Positions 20,485 to 30,390 are shown, numbered from the stretch's first letter. The stretch is 64,000 nucleotides of DNA from Bryobacteraceae bacterium (GCA_965277315.1 OZ255724.1:819731-883730); one strand, 5' to 3'. A program made the numbers and translations. The notes: generated by a model not told the origin, from the letters alone.

Positions 20485-21534
20485 TTACCACAGCGCTTTG
20501 CCGCTATGAATTGCCAAGCCTATTTGCTCTCGGTTTGCACGGCGTCCGTTGTACCAAAGCATCCATCTGTTTCCATCAAGCAGCGCAAAGGGCTTGTAAC
20601 AGGCCTCGGCGTCCCATTGGGCTAGAGTGGGGCCGATGATTGGATTAGCAGGCAAGCGATGCCACTGAGTGATTCCATCACGCGAGCGCGCCAAGCCAAT
20701 CTGAGCGTGATCGATGTCGCGGAAGCCGATGTAGAACATGTAATACCAGCCATCGAATAATACGACCTGACAGGCAGTGACTTTTAATACGACCTGACAG
20801 GCAGTGACTTTTAATACGACCTGACAGGCAGTGACTTTGTAGTGTTCCCAGAGTAATTTAGGATCGGCCTGAAAAACAGGGTTTCCAACGGCTTTGCGCC
20901 AGTGAATTCCGTCTGTGCTGGTAGCGTAGCCGATAGCATCGGGCTCGTATTGTTCACCGCCGGAATACCACATTTTAAAAGTACCGTCGTGGGCGTCCCA
21001 GATCACATCGGGACACATGACCGCAACTTTTTCCCACGTTTGATCAGGCAAGAGCACCGGGTGCGCGGTAACTCGCTTCCAGGTGAGGCCGTCCGTGCTG
21101 GTGACAAACCCGATCGAGGAGCGTCCGTGAGATTGCCCGGTGTACCACATGTGGTACAGCCCTGCCTTCTTCACGACGACGGGACGGTTGACATCGTCTT
21201 CCCATCCTGTATCTGGCTCGGGCGAAAGCGTGATTTTCGACTCGCTCCAGCGAATGCCGTCTGCACTTTCAAAGAGCGCGATGCTCTTCTTCGGCCGCCA
21301 GGAAGCCCACATGCGAAAGGTGTGTCCCTCTTTCAACAAGCACACATCGAAGACCGTGCCGAGGCTGCCTCCGATAACGGGATTGCTACTGTATTTGCTC
21401 CATTGGGCCGACACATGTCCAAAGCTGGGCCCCTCAAAGAACAGGGAAATAACCAGTAGGGCCACCAACCTTATCTTCGGAAGTCGTACGTAAGTTGCAG
21501 ACGGATGAAGGGCGATGTTCCGGGAACGGGACAC
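20485..21534 (-). CDS. Secreted five-bladed beta-propeller glycosidase-like protein (GH43/GH130-like fold)
   Basis: 349 aa with a signal/TM N-terminus. Blades recur as 'DG..W......P' ('SADGIRWSE', 'STDGLTWKR', 'STDGIHWRK', 'SRDGITQWHR') with 'MWY(T/S)G' strands. The family assignment is by pattern only. Confidence 0.6.
   Translation of the reverse strand: MSRSRNIALHPSATYVRLPKIRLVALLVISLFFEGPSFGHVSAQWSKYSSNPVIGGSLGTVFDVCLLKEGHTFRMWASWRPKKSIALFESADGIRWSESKITLSPEPDTGWEDDVNRPVVVKKAGLYHMWYTGQSHGRSSIGFVTSTDGLTWKRVTAHPVLLPDQTWEKVAVMCPDVIWDAHDGTFKMWYSGGEQYEPDAIGYATSTDGIHWRKAVGNPVFQADPKLLWEHYKVTACQVVLKVTACQVVLKVTACQVVLFDGWYYMFYIGFRDIDHAQIGLARSRDGITQWHRLPANPIIGPTLAQWDAEACYKPFALLDGNRWMLWYNGRRANREQIGLAIHSGKALW
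20758..20838. repeat. Perfect tandem repeat, 27 bp x 3.0, in frame inside the CDS above
   Basis: TAATACGACCTGACAGGCAGTGACTTT occurs at 20758-20784, 20785-20811 and 20812-20838. It encodes 'KVTACQVVL' three times on the minus strand. Confidence 0.98.
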
Positions 21535-21547
21535 GGCAGCAGAATTA

Positions 21548-21817
21548 TTAAGCGGCGGATAGCTTGCGAAGACGTATGGTTAAGCGGCTCTTGTAGCGGG
21601 CAGCGGTATTTTTCTTGATAATGCCCCATTTTGCGGCGCGATCTACGAGCGAAAAAGTCTCGGGAATTGCCTTGGAAGCGTTCTCAGCATCTTTGTGATC
21701 GAGCAGGCGGCGCATCGTGCGAATCTGGTGACGTAACCTTGTTTTACGGACGCGGTTGACAGTGGTTTTGCGCTCTGTCATACGGACGCGCTTCAATGAG
21801 GAGACTGTATTTGCCAT
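21548..21817 (-). CDS. rpsT: 30S ribosomal protein S20
   Basis: 89 aa and very basic: '[29 protein letters not shown]...AARYKSRL'. Confidence 0.93.
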   Translation of the reverse strand: MANTVSSLKRVRMTERKTTVNRVRKTRLRHQIRTMRRLLDHKDAENASKAIPETFSLVDRAAKWGIIKKNTAARYKSRLTIRLRKLSAA

Positions 21818-21961
21818 TTAAACTTATATTCTACGATCCTTCAAAAAGTACAACCTTTAGAATAGCCGAGGCCGCGATACGAAGCAAATGAAAATGGGCA
21901 TGAGATTGCCGGACGTTTCGGATAACAATAGAAGGGTCAGTCTAAACAGAATTCTAAAAAA

Positions 21962-24001
21962 ATGATTCGAAGTTATTTGCTGCCTTTTGCGGTGGCAACA
22001 GGATTAACCGCAATTGCCGGAGCCGGATGGGCCTCCTCTATTCCGGCGAACGACTGGAAGATTGCTGGCCCGTTCGGGGGAACAGCTACTTCGATCGCAG
22101 TCGACCCAGGGAATCCCAAAACGGTGTTGGCCGGCGGGAGAAATTCGTTGCTGTTTCAAAGCAACAATGCGGGCGCGAGCTGGGAATTGCTGAACTTCCC
22201 AAAGCGGAATTTCGGGGAGATCACCTCCCTGCTTGTCGACCCGGATAATTCGCGGCACTATCTGGCGGGCATGATTGCTTCCGACCGTCCAGGGCTATTC
22301 GAAAGCTATGATTGCGGTAAAACTTGGGCTGCCGTTAAAGACATTGACGTCGGCGTGCGGGCGTTGGCGGTTTCGCCGAGCAACCCCAAACGATTTGTAG
22401 CGGGAACACTGCGGGGTGTCATGCTCAGCGACGATTCCGGCAAGACCTGGACGCGTATTTCCGATCCGCAGAACCTGGAAATGCAAGGAATCACGGCGGT
22501 GGCGATCGACAGCAAAGATCCGAACACTATCTATGCCGGGACGCCGCACCTGCCGTGGCGAACCACGGATGGCGGAAAAACCTGGTCCTCCATACACACC
22601 GGAATGATCGACGACTCCGACGTCTTCTCCATCTATATTGATCCGTCCAAGCCCAGCGACATTTTCGCGAGCGCTTGCAGCGGAATTTACTCCAGCTTGG
22701 ACCGCGGCGAGGATTGGCACAAGCTGATGGGGATACCGAACGGATATCGCCGCACTCACGTAGTGCGGCAAGACCTAAGTGAACCTGACACTATCTTCGC
22801 TGGAACCACGCTCGGATTATTTAAAACGATCAACGCGGGCAAGACCTGGAAGCCGTTGAGCACCAACCAGGTGAATTCAATGACCTTCGATCCCTCCCAA
22901 CCCAAGGACATCTACATGGCGATGGAGTATGCCGGAATCGGGAAGAGCGACAACGACGGGGAAACAGTTCAACCGATCAACAACGGATTTGTTGACCGCC
23001 GCATCAGCGGTGTCACGGTCTCCGGCAACAAACTGGTAGCGATCGAGACGGGTGTGGGTGACACCACAGGCGTTTACGTCAGCAGCGATCAGGGGAACTC
23101 CTGGGTTACGATGCAAAACGCGCGGGGCTTGGGCGGTGTGCATCTGGATGCCATCGTGGGAACGCAGCGCGATCCGCATCTGCTGTTGGCGGCCAGTCCT
23201 CATCAGATGTATAAGTCCGCAGATAGCGGCGCCAGTTGGCGTCCGATGGCCATCCGGCTGATCGTTGCCGAGCAGCCGAAACCTGTTGTTGCAAAGACTG
23301 CGGCACGTACGTCATCTCGTAAGGGAAGGACCGCGACGCGCGCCAGAGTAGTCAGGCCGGTAAAACCGAGGATCGTGACCCGTGAAATTTCTCCTTCCGG
23401 AATTTCCGGGCTTTACGCAGTAACCGACGGCACAAAGTCCATCCTTTTTGCGGCTACTGACCTCGGATTGTTGCGGAGCGAGGATATGGGTGAGCAATGG
23501 AAGCGAGCGGAACTGCTCGGCTCCACCGGCGCGTCAGGCCTGTATTCGGCACCTTCGAATAGCGGCTTTCTTGTAGCGAGGGCCACGGCTGGCCTGTATT
23601 TCTCTAAGGATTTTGGGGAACATTGGGAACAATTAATGTTTCCGAAACCGACATCGGAGATCAATGAAGTAGCAGTTCCAGGGGATGATAAATCTCCGTT
23701 ACTGGTAGCAACCACATCCGGCTTATACAGTTCGTCCGATAGCGGCGCACACTGGTCGCAAGTCATGGCCGGCCTGCCTTCTTCCACTTTCAATTCAGTT
23801 ACTTACGATCCCAGTAAGACCTCTTCCGCCTACGCCGTCGAATACGGACGGCTGTTTAAAACCGACGATGCCGGCACTTCGTGGGCAGCCGTTCCCACCG
23901 CCATTCCCGCGCTGTGGATACGTCAGCTTTGGATGCCTGACAAGAGTTCGGGCAGGCTATATGCAATCACAAATGACCTCGGAATTCTCTTCCGCAATTA
24001 G
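21962..24001 (+). CDS. BNR/Asp-box repeat protein, two beta-propellers (Ycf48/sortilin-VPS10/GH74-like)
   Basis: 679 aa with a signal peptide. There are about 12 Asp-box motifs of the form S/T-x-D-x-G-x-(T/S)-W ('SDDSGKTW', 'TTDGGKTW', 'SYDCGKTW', 'SSDQGNSW', 'SADSGASW', 'SSDSGAHW', 'TDDAGTSW' and others). A basic linker ('ARTSSRKGRTATRARVVRPVKPR') lies between the halves. Confidence 0.8.
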   Translation: MIRSYLLPFAVATGLTAIAGAGWASSIPANDWKIAGPFGGTATSIAVDPGNPKTVLAGGRNSLLFQSNNAGASWELLNFPKRNFGEITSLLVDPDNSRHYLAGMIASDRPGLFESYDCGKTWAAVKDIDVGVRALAVSPSNPKRFVAGTLRGVMLSDDSGKTWTRISDPQNLEMQGITAVAIDSKDPNTIYAGTPHLPWRTTDGGKTWSSIHTGMIDDSDVFSIYIDPSKPSDIFASACSGIYSSLDRGEDWHKLMGIPNGYRRTHVVRQDLSEPDTIFAGTTLGLFKTINAGKTWKPLSTNQVNSMTFDPSQPKDIYMAMEYAGIGKSDNDGETVQPINNGFVDRRISGVTVSGNKLVAIETGVGDTTGVYVSSDQGNSWVTMQNARGLGGVHLDAIVGTQRDPHLLLAASPHQMYKSADSGASWRPMAIRLIVAEQPKPVVAKTAARTSSRKGRTATRARVVRPVKPRIVTREISPSGISGLYAVTDGTKSILFAATDLGLLRSEDMGEQWKRAELLGSTGASGLYSAPSNSGFLVARATAGLYFSKDFGEHWEQLMFPKPTSEINEVAVPGDDKSPLLVATTSGLYSSSDSGAHWSQVMAGLPSSTFNSVTYDPSKTSSAYAVEYGRLFKTDDAGTSWAAVPTAIPALWIRQLWMPDKSSGRLYAITNDLGILFRN

Positions 24002-24060
24002 GTCATTTTCCGTTAACATCAGGAGTTGACAGTAGTTACCACGTTTCAGGGAGGAGAAGG

Positions 24061-26052
24061 ATGAAGACTCGGCACAGGATAAAGCCGATAGGACGGGCAG
24101 TGATGTGCATGGGGTTGTGCTTGGGCACGGCCATGTATGCGCAAGACGCAGCCCAGACTAGTAACAACAATAACGGCAGTAAGAGCAAGGCCAGCAGTAG
24201 TGAGGCGACAGCGGACCAGATGCCCGATATCGTGGAGCTGGATCCGTTTGGCGGGGTCAGCATATTCGGGCAGGTGAACCGGGGCTTGAACTCGAAGCTG
24301 ATCACGGGCGGGCTGGGGGGCGGACGAGTCACCTGGAACGCCAGCCGGTATGTGGGCATCGAGTTTGCTTACGACTATTCGGTGAACAACGTACGGCTGC
24401 TGACGCCGATACGGCCGGGATTGCCGAGCTACGATTTCGGCAACCGGATTCACAATTTCATGTTGAATCCCATATTCAACCTGACCCCGCGCGGCTCGCG
24501 CGTGCAGCCCTACGTCACCGTGGGCGTGGGCGGGATGGATTTTTACCCGACCAACAATGCCAAGGCGATTGCGCGGCTGTCGAGCACCAACGCGGTGTAC
24601 GGGTCCTCGAACCTGAACGACAACCTGCAGGTGGCGTTGAACTACGGCGGGGGCGTCAAGTTTCACTTGAGCGACCACTTTGGGTTACGGTTCGATGCGC
24701 GCGGGTTCTTCTCGCGCAATCCGACCTTCGGCCTGCCGAACTACCCGACCGGGGGGCTGTATATTCCGGCCCGCGACCACCTGAACGGCCTGCAAGCGAC
24801 GGCCGGATTGGTGTTCTACCTGGGCCAGAGCAAGTGCCCGCCGATGCCGCCGCCGCCGCCGCCGCCCGCGCCGTTAACGGCCGGCAGCATTACCGGAAGC
24901 GAAGGCACGACCATTTGCCAGGGCAAGCCGGTGACCTTGCATTCCACCGCCACCGGACCCACCGGCCATGCGTTGAAGTATGCCTGGACCATGAACGGCC
25001 AACCGGCCGAAGCCACCGGCGCGGACTTCACGTTTACGCCGAACAACTCCGGCACGTTTAACATCCAGGTGACCGTGAGCGACACCACGCCGCCCCCGCC
25101 GCCGATGGAGAAGCCGAAGAAGCTGCCGGAACGCTGCTGGGTGCAACCGCCCACGCCGCCGCCCCCAGCCCCGGTCACGGCTAACACCAGTGTGACCGTG
25201 AGCGAGAACACGCCCACGATCTCCAGCGTGACCGCGACTCCGACCGACCTGACCTGCGCGGCCGATACCACCGGCACCCATACCGCGACATTAGCGGCGC
25301 AAGCGCAAGCCTCGGCCTGCGGCGGCAACTTGGCCTACAAGTGGACCGTGAGCGAGGGCAGCGTGAGCAACGACAGCAGCGCGAATGCGACCTTCGACGC
25401 CTCGACCTTGAACTTCGAGGGCGGCGCGCAAGGCCAGACCAAGACCGTAACGGCCACCGTGACGGTGACCAGCGAAACCGGCCAGACGGCCTCCAAGACC
25501 GTCGATATTCCGGTGAAGTGCCCGCCCCAGTTTGTGCGGCTGGACGATGTGGTGTTTGCCAAGAACAACTCCCGCGTCAACAACTGCGGCAAGCGCGTTT
25601 TGATCGACGAAGCGGCACCGCGGGTCGCCAACGGTGACTACAACATCGTGCTGGTGGGCCATCGCGACAGCGACGAGCGCGCCAACGCCATGCCGGGGCG
25701 CGGCCGAGGCCGGCACAGAGCAGCCCCCACTCCGCTCGATGAACAGCGCGTACTCAACGCGGCAGCGGTTCTGAGCGGCGGCACGGGAACCTGCGGCAAG
25801 GTCGATCCCGCCCACATCAAGGTGGACTGGGTCGGCACCGATCAGACCTCCGATCCGCGTCCGGGACTCTGCGGCACCTCCAATATCCCGGCCACCAAGG
25901 AACGCCGCGGCAATCAGGTCAGCGAGGCGGATAAGAACCGCCGCGTGGAAGTCTACCTGGTCCCGAGCAACAGCCAAGCCAACCCGCCGGCGGTCAAGAA
26001 CCTTCAACCGCTGCCCGAGTCTCAGGTTAAGGCCCTCGGCTGCCCTAAATAA
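24061..26052 (+). CDS. OmpA-family outer-membrane protein: N-terminal beta-barrel, Pro-rich linkers, two Ig/PKD-like modules, OmpA_C-like domain
   Basis: 663 aa with a signal peptide. Barrel strands include 'VGIEFAYDY' and 'FGLRFDARGFF'. The linker is 'PPMPPPPPPPAP'. The C-terminus has 'VVFAKNNSRV...IVLVGHRDSDE...NRRVEVYLVP'. An RBS (GGAGGAGAAGG) lies directly upstream. Confidence 0.85.
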   Translation: MKTRHRIKPIGRAVMCMGLCLGTAMYAQDAAQTSNNNNGSKSKASSSEATADQMPDIVELDPFGGVSIFGQVNRGLNSKLITGGLGGGRVTWNASRYVGIEFAYDYSVNNVRLLTPIRPGLPSYDFGNRIHNFMLNPIFNLTPRGSRVQPYVTVGVGGMDFYPTNNAKAIARLSSTNAVYGSSNLNDNLQVALNYGGGVKFHLSDHFGLRFDARGFFSRNPTFGLPNYPTGGLYIPARDHLNGLQATAGLVFYLGQSKCPPMPPPPPPPAPLTAGSITGSEGTTICQGKPVTLHSTATGPTGHALKYAWTMNGQPAEATGADFTFTPNNSGTFNIQVTVSDTTPPPPPMEKPKKLPERCWVQPPTPPPPAPVTANTSVTVSENTPTISSVTATPTDLTCAADTTGTHTATLAAQAQASACGGNLAYKWTVSEGSVSNDSSANATFDASTLNFEGGAQGQTKTVTATVTVTSETGQTASKTVDIPVKCPPQFVRLDDVVFAKNNSRVNNCGKRVLIDEAAPRVANGDYNIVLVGHRDSDERANAMPGRGRGRHRAAPTPLDEQRVLNAAAVLSGGTGTCGKVDPAHIKVDWVGTDQTSDPRPGLCGTSNIPATKERRGNQVSEADKNRRVEVYLVPSNSQANPPAVKNLQPLPESQVKALGCPK

Positions 26053-26076
26053 ACCAACACGAACCTACTACGAAAC

Positions 26077-26108
26077 GAAAGGGCCCGGCAGAAATGCCGG
26101 GCCCTTTC
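26077..26108 (+). terminator. Intrinsic-terminator-like hairpin after OmpA-like copy 1
   Basis: GAAAGGGCCCGGCA-gaaa-TGCCGGGCCCTTTC gives a 14-bp perfect stem with a GAAA loop. It is followed by CTGTATTTTT. Confidence 0.7.
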
Positions 26109-26250
26109 TGTATTTTTACCTACAGTTTTTCCCGAATATGGCCGATAAGAACTTTTGAGGTTGTCTATTGCGTTAATTTTCAACGTAATGGAACTTATTG
26201 CGCTAGCATCAATAAGCGATGTTGCTTAAGAACTCTCGTGGAGGAGAAGG

Positions 26251-28242
26251 ATGAAGACTCGGCACAGGATAAAGCCGATAGGACGGGCAGTGATGTGCAT
26301 GGGGTTGTGCTTGGGCACGGCCATGTATGCGCAAGACGCAGCCCAGACTAGTAACAACAATAACGGCAGTAAGAGCAAGGCCAGCAGTAGTGAGGCGACA
26401 GCGGACCAGATGCCCGATATCGTGGAGCTGGATCCGTTTGGCGGGGTCAGCATATTCGGGCAGGTGAACCGGGGCTTGAACTCGAAGCTGATCACGGGCG
26501 GGCTGGGGGGCGGACGAGTCACCTGGAACGCCAGCCGGTATGTGGGCATCGAGTTTGCTTACGACTATTCGGTGAACAACGTACGGCTGCTGACGCCGAT
26601 ACGGCCGGGATTGCCGAGCTACGATTTCGGCAACCGGATTCACAATTTCATGTTGAATCCCATATTCAACCTGACCCCGCGCGGCTCGCGCGTGCAGCCC
26701 TACGTCACCGTGGGCGTGGGCGGGATGGATTTTTACCCGACCAACAATGCCAAGGCGATTGCGCGGCTGTCGAGCACCAACGCGGTGTACGGGTCCTCGA
26801 ACCTGAACGACAACCTGCAGGTGGCGTTGAACTACGGCGGGGGCGTCAAGTTTCACTTGAGCGACCACTTTGGGTTACGGTTCGATGCGCGCGGGTTCTT
26901 CTCGCGCAATCCGACCTTCGGCCTGCCGAACTACCCGACCGGGGGGCTGTATATTCCGGCCCGCGACCACCTGAACGGCCTGCAAGCGACGGCCGGATTG
27001 GTGTTCTACCTGGGCCAGAGCAAGTGCCCGCCGATGCCGCCGCCGCCGCCGCCGCCCGCGCCGTTAACGGCCGGCAGCATTACCGGAAGCGAAGGCGCGA
27101 CCATTTGCCAGGGCAAGCCGGTGACCTTGCATTCCACCGCCACCGGACCCACCGGCCATGCGTTGAAGTATGCCTGGACCATGAACGGCCAACCGGCCGA
27201 AGCCACCGGCGCGGACTTCACGTTTACGCCGAACAACTCCGGCACGTTTAACATCCAGGTGACCGTGAGCGACACCACGCCGCCCCCGCCGCCGATGGAG
27301 AAGCCGAAGAAGCTGCCGGAACGCTGCTGGGTGCAACCGCCCACGCCGCCGCCCCCAGCCCCGGTCACGGCTAACACCAGTGTGACCGTGAGCGAGAACA
27401 CGCCCACGATCTCCAGCGTGACCGCGACTCCGACCGACCTGACCTGCGCGGCCGATACCACCGGCACCCATACCGCGACATTAGCGGCGCAAGCGCAAGC
27501 CTCGGCCTGCGGCGGCAACTTGGCCTACAAGTGGACCGTGAGCGAGGGCAGCGTGAGCAACGACAGCAGCGCGAATGCGACCTTCGACGCCTCGACCTTG
27601 AACTTCGAGGGCGGCGCGCAAGGCCAGACCAAGACCGTAACGGCCACCGTGACGGTGACCAGCGAAACCGGCCAGACGGCCTCCAAGACCGTCGATATTC
27701 CGGTGAAGTGCCCGCCCCAGTTTGTGCGGCTGGACGATGTGGTGTTTGCCAAGAACAACTCCCGCGTCAACAACTGCGGCAAGCGCGTTTTGATCGACGA
27801 AGCGGCACCGCGGGTCGCCAACGGTGACTACAACATCGTGCTGGTGGGCCATCGCGACAGCGACGAGCGCGCCAACGCCATGCCGGGGCGCGGCCGAGGC
27901 CGGCACAGAGCAGCCCCCACTCCGCTCGATGAACAGCGCGTACTCAACGCGGCAGCGGTTCTGAGCGGCGGCACGGGAACCTGCGGCAAGGTCGATCCCG
28001 CCCACATCAAGGTGGACTGGGTCGGCACCGATCAGACCTCCGATCCGCGTCCGGGACTCTGCGGCACCTCCAATATCCCGGCCACCAAGGAACGCCGCGG
28101 CAATCAGGTCAGCGAGGCGGATAAGAACCGCCGCGTGGAAGTCTACCTGGTCCCGAGCAACAGCCAAGCCAACCCGCCGGCGGTCAAGAACCTTCAACCG
28201 CTGCCCGAGTCTCAGGTTAAGGCGCTCGGCTGCCCTAAATAA
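26251..28242 (+). CDS. OmpA-family outer-membrane protein, near-identical paralog of 24061-26052
   Basis: 663 aa. It differs from copy 1 by one residue ('GSEGTTICQ' vs 'GSEGATICQ') and one synonymous site. Confidence 0.85.
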   Translation: MKTRHRIKPIGRAVMCMGLCLGTAMYAQDAAQTSNNNNGSKSKASSSEATADQMPDIVELDPFGGVSIFGQVNRGLNSKLITGGLGGGRVTWNASRYVGIEFAYDYSVNNVRLLTPIRPGLPSYDFGNRIHNFMLNPIFNLTPRGSRVQPYVTVGVGGMDFYPTNNAKAIARLSSTNAVYGSSNLNDNLQVALNYGGGVKFHLSDHFGLRFDARGFFSRNPTFGLPNYPTGGLYIPARDHLNGLQATAGLVFYLGQSKCPPMPPPPPPPAPLTAGSITGSEGATICQGKPVTLHSTATGPTGHALKYAWTMNGQPAEATGADFTFTPNNSGTFNIQVTVSDTTPPPPPMEKPKKLPERCWVQPPTPPPPAPVTANTSVTVSENTPTISSVTATPTDLTCAADTTGTHTATLAAQAQASACGGNLAYKWTVSEGSVSNDSSANATFDASTLNFEGGAQGQTKTVTATVTVTSETGQTASKTVDIPVKCPPQFVRLDDVVFAKNNSRVNNCGKRVLIDEAAPRVANGDYNIVLVGHRDSDERANAMPGRGRGRHRAAPTPLDEQRVLNAAAVLSGGTGTCGKVDPAHIKVDWVGTDQTSDPRPGLCGTSNIPATKERRGNQVSEADKNRRVEVYLVPSNSQANPPAVKNLQPLPESQVKALGCPK

Positions 28243-28266
28243 ACCAACACGAACCTACTACGAAAC

Positions 28267-28298
28267 GAAAGGGCCCGGCAGAAATGCCGGGCCCTTTC
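28267..28298 (+). terminator. Intrinsic-terminator-like hairpin after OmpA-like copy 2
   Basis: The hairpin is identical to the one at 26077-26108. Confidence 0.65.
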
Positions 28299-28320
28299 TG
28301 TTGTTCAGTACAGTATTCCT

Positions 28321-30390
28321 ATGCGCTGGCTCCTCCTCCTATCTCTCTTACTGACACAAACCGCGGGTGCGGCCTCGTTCACGATTGGCCAAGTAATGAG
28401 CGCGCCGTTTGCGTCTTCACCGGTCGCTTCGCCTGCGGGGGCCGCGGTTGCCTGGCTACTAAACGAACAGGGCCGACGAAATATCTGGGTGGCAAGCGCG
28501 CCGGATTGGAAAGGTCGAAAGATTACCGAATTCGACGCAGATGACGGCCAGGAGATTGCAGAACTGGCCTGGGCGCCCGATGGTAAAACGCTTTTCTTTA
28601 CGCGCGGCGGTGATTTCGAAACGGACGGCGATCCTCCAAATCCAGCTCTAAGACCGCAAAAGCCGGATCAGTCAATTTGGGCCGTACGCCTCGACGGTAC
28701 GCCTCCCAAGAAATTGACAGACGGGCAAGAGCCGACGGTATCGCCTCGCGGCGATCCCGTCGCATTTTTGCGACACGGACAGATATTTACAATGACAGCG
28801 GCCGGTCAGAATGTCACGAACACGGTGACGCAGAAGGATTCGGCCTCGGATCTTCAGTGGTCTCCGGATGGGCACGCTCTGGCGTTTACCAGCCAGCGCA
28901 AGGAGCACAGCTTTATCGGTGTCTACACGCTCGCAAGTAAGCAGTTGCGCTATCTAGACCCGAGCGTTGACACCGACTTCAGTCCAGTTTGGTCGCCAGA
29001 TGGGACGCAGATTGCCTTCGTCAGAACGGCAGCATCGAGCCGCGTGTATCCCTTCGGGGCGGAGCGGAAGGGACAGCCGTGGTCCATACGAGTCGTGGAT
29101 ACGAAGGGTGAAGTGGGGCACGAGGTATTCCGGGCGGGCGACGGACCGGGCAGCGTGTTTCATGGGATCGTAGCCGATCATCAGGTGTTCTGGACAGCGG
29201 ACGGCAGACTAGTATTTCCTTGGGAAAGGACAGGCTGGTGTCATCTGTACAGTGTGGCGGTAACGGGCGGCAAGGCCGTCGAATTGACTCCAGGACACGG
29301 CGAGGTGGAGGACGTCGAGGAATCCGCAGATCGGAAGACGATTTACTTTTCGTCGAATACCGGCGATATTGACCGGAGGCACCTGTGGGAACTCACGGAG
29401 AGAGACTCCAGGGAGATCACCAGGGGCGACGGGATCGAGTGGGCTCCAACGCCGGTCGCAGGCCAGGAGGCGCTCGTCTATCTGGCGTCAAGTTATAACG
29501 AACCGGCCCATGCGGTGGTGCAAGTGGGCGATAACGAAACGAAGCCATTAGCGCCGAAGACGATTCCAGCCGACTTCCCTGCCCGGTTACTTGTGAAACC
29601 CCAACCGGTGATGATTACGGCGGCTGATGGAATGGAGATTCATGGGCAGGTCTTTTTGCCGCCCGGTAAGAAGAATGGCGAGCGGCATCCGGCGGTGGTT
29701 TTCTTACACGGCGGGTCGCGGAGACAGATGCTGCTCGGGTATAACCCCATGGGCTACTATTCCAACGCCTATTCGATGAATCAGCACCTCGCGAATCAGG
29801 GATACGTCGTGCTTTCGGTGAATTACCGCAGCGGGACTGGATATGGGCTCGATTTCCGGGAGGCTCTACAGTACGGCGCGACGGGGGCGAGCGAGTTCAA
29901 CGATGTTGTTGGCGCAGGCTTATACCTGAAGGGGCGCCCGGATGTGGACTCGAAGCGAATTGGAGTCTGGGGAGGGTCGTACGGAGGTTATTTGACGGCA
30001 TTGGCGCTGGCGCGAGCTTCGGATTTGTTCGCGGCGGGGGTCGATTTTCATGGCGTTCATAACTGGAATCTGGAGTTTCCGGACTTTCCGCCCGGATATA
30101 GCGCCCAAGCGCGGGATGCGGCGGCGAAACTTGCGTTCGAGTCCTCGCCGATGGCATATATGAGCACCTGGAAATCGCCGGTATTGCTGATTCAAGGCGA
30201 TGACGACCGGGAAGTGCCCTTCCTTGAGACGATTCGGCTGGCTGAAGCGCTCCGGAGACAGCAGGTGTATTTTGAGCAGCTTATTTTCCCAAACGAAGTC
30301 CATGTTTTCCTGCTGCACCGGGACTGGATAGCGGCTTACAAGGCAACAGCGGACTTCTTTTCGCGCGAAATAGGCGCACAACAGCCATAA
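28321..30390 (+). CDS. S9-family serine peptidase (prolyl oligopeptidase / acylaminoacyl-peptidase type) with N-terminal TolB-like propeller
   Basis: 689 aa with a signal peptide. Propeller repeats of the 'WSPDG...AF' type are present. The nucleophile elbow is 'GGSYGGYL', followed by 'QGDDDREVP' and a late His ('NEVHVF'). Confidence 0.88.
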   Translation: MRWLLLLSLLLTQTAGAASFTIGQVMSAPFASSPVASPAGAAVAWLLNEQGRRNIWVASAPDWKGRKITEFDADDGQEIAELAWAPDGKTLFFTRGGDFETDGDPPNPALRPQKPDQSIWAVRLDGTPPKKLTDGQEPTVSPRGDPVAFLRHGQIFTMTAAGQNVTNTVTQKDSASDLQWSPDGHALAFTSQRKEHSFIGVYTLASKQLRYLDPSVDTDFSPVWSPDGTQIAFVRTAASSRVYPFGAERKGQPWSIRVVDTKGEVGHEVFRAGDGPGSVFHGIVADHQVFWTADGRLVFPWERTGWCHLYSVAVTGGKAVELTPGHGEVEDVEESADRKTIYFSSNTGDIDRRHLWELTERDSREITRGDGIEWAPTPVAGQEALVYLASSYNEPAHAVVQVGDNETKPLAPKTIPADFPARLLVKPQPVMITAADGMEIHGQVFLPPGKKNGERHPAVVFLHGGSRRQMLLGYNPMGYYSNAYSMNQHLANQGYVVLSVNYRSGTGYGLDFREALQYGATGASEFNDVVGAGLYLKGRPDVDSKRIGVWGGSYGGYLTALALARASDLFAAGVDFHGVHNWNLEFPDFPPGYSAQARDAAAKLAFESSPMAYMSTWKSPVLLIQGDDDREVPFLETIRLAEALRRQQVYFEQLIFPNEVHVFLLHRDWIAAYKATADFFSREIGAQQP

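Larger units (their letters stand above)
24050..26111. repeat. Copy 1 of a 2,062-bp duplicated cassette running from RBS through CDS to terminator
   Basis: Matches 26240-28301 at a constant offset of 2190. By eye and from the ORF-track translations I find only 2 differences, at 24907 a/g and 26034 c/g. Confidence 0.95.
26240..28301. repeat. Copy 2 of the 2,062-bp duplicated cassette
   Basis: See copy 1. The unique 128-bp, visibly AT-richer spacer 26112-26239 separates the two copies. Confidence 0.95.

Noticed and set aside
20758-20838. Possible mini-CRISPR array (27-bp direct repeats).
   Set aside because: The repeats are contiguous with no spacers. There are only three copies, in frame within a CDS, and there are no cas genes in the window.
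24046-26868. Long minus-strand ORFs (24046-24678, 25291-26007, 26209-26868 and others, up to 238 aa) overlapping the OmpA-like genes.
   Set aside because: They are antisense shadows of GC-rich coding sequence. Their translations are Arg/Ala/Gly/His-rich low-complexity strings with no motifs. They duplicate exactly with the cassette, and the plus-strand frame has clear domain structure, an RBS and a terminator.
24050-28301. The duplicated 2-kb unit as an insertion sequence or composite transposon.
   Set aside because: There is no transposase or integrase, no terminal inverted repeats and no target-site duplications. Each copy is simply RBS, outer-membrane protein gene and terminator.
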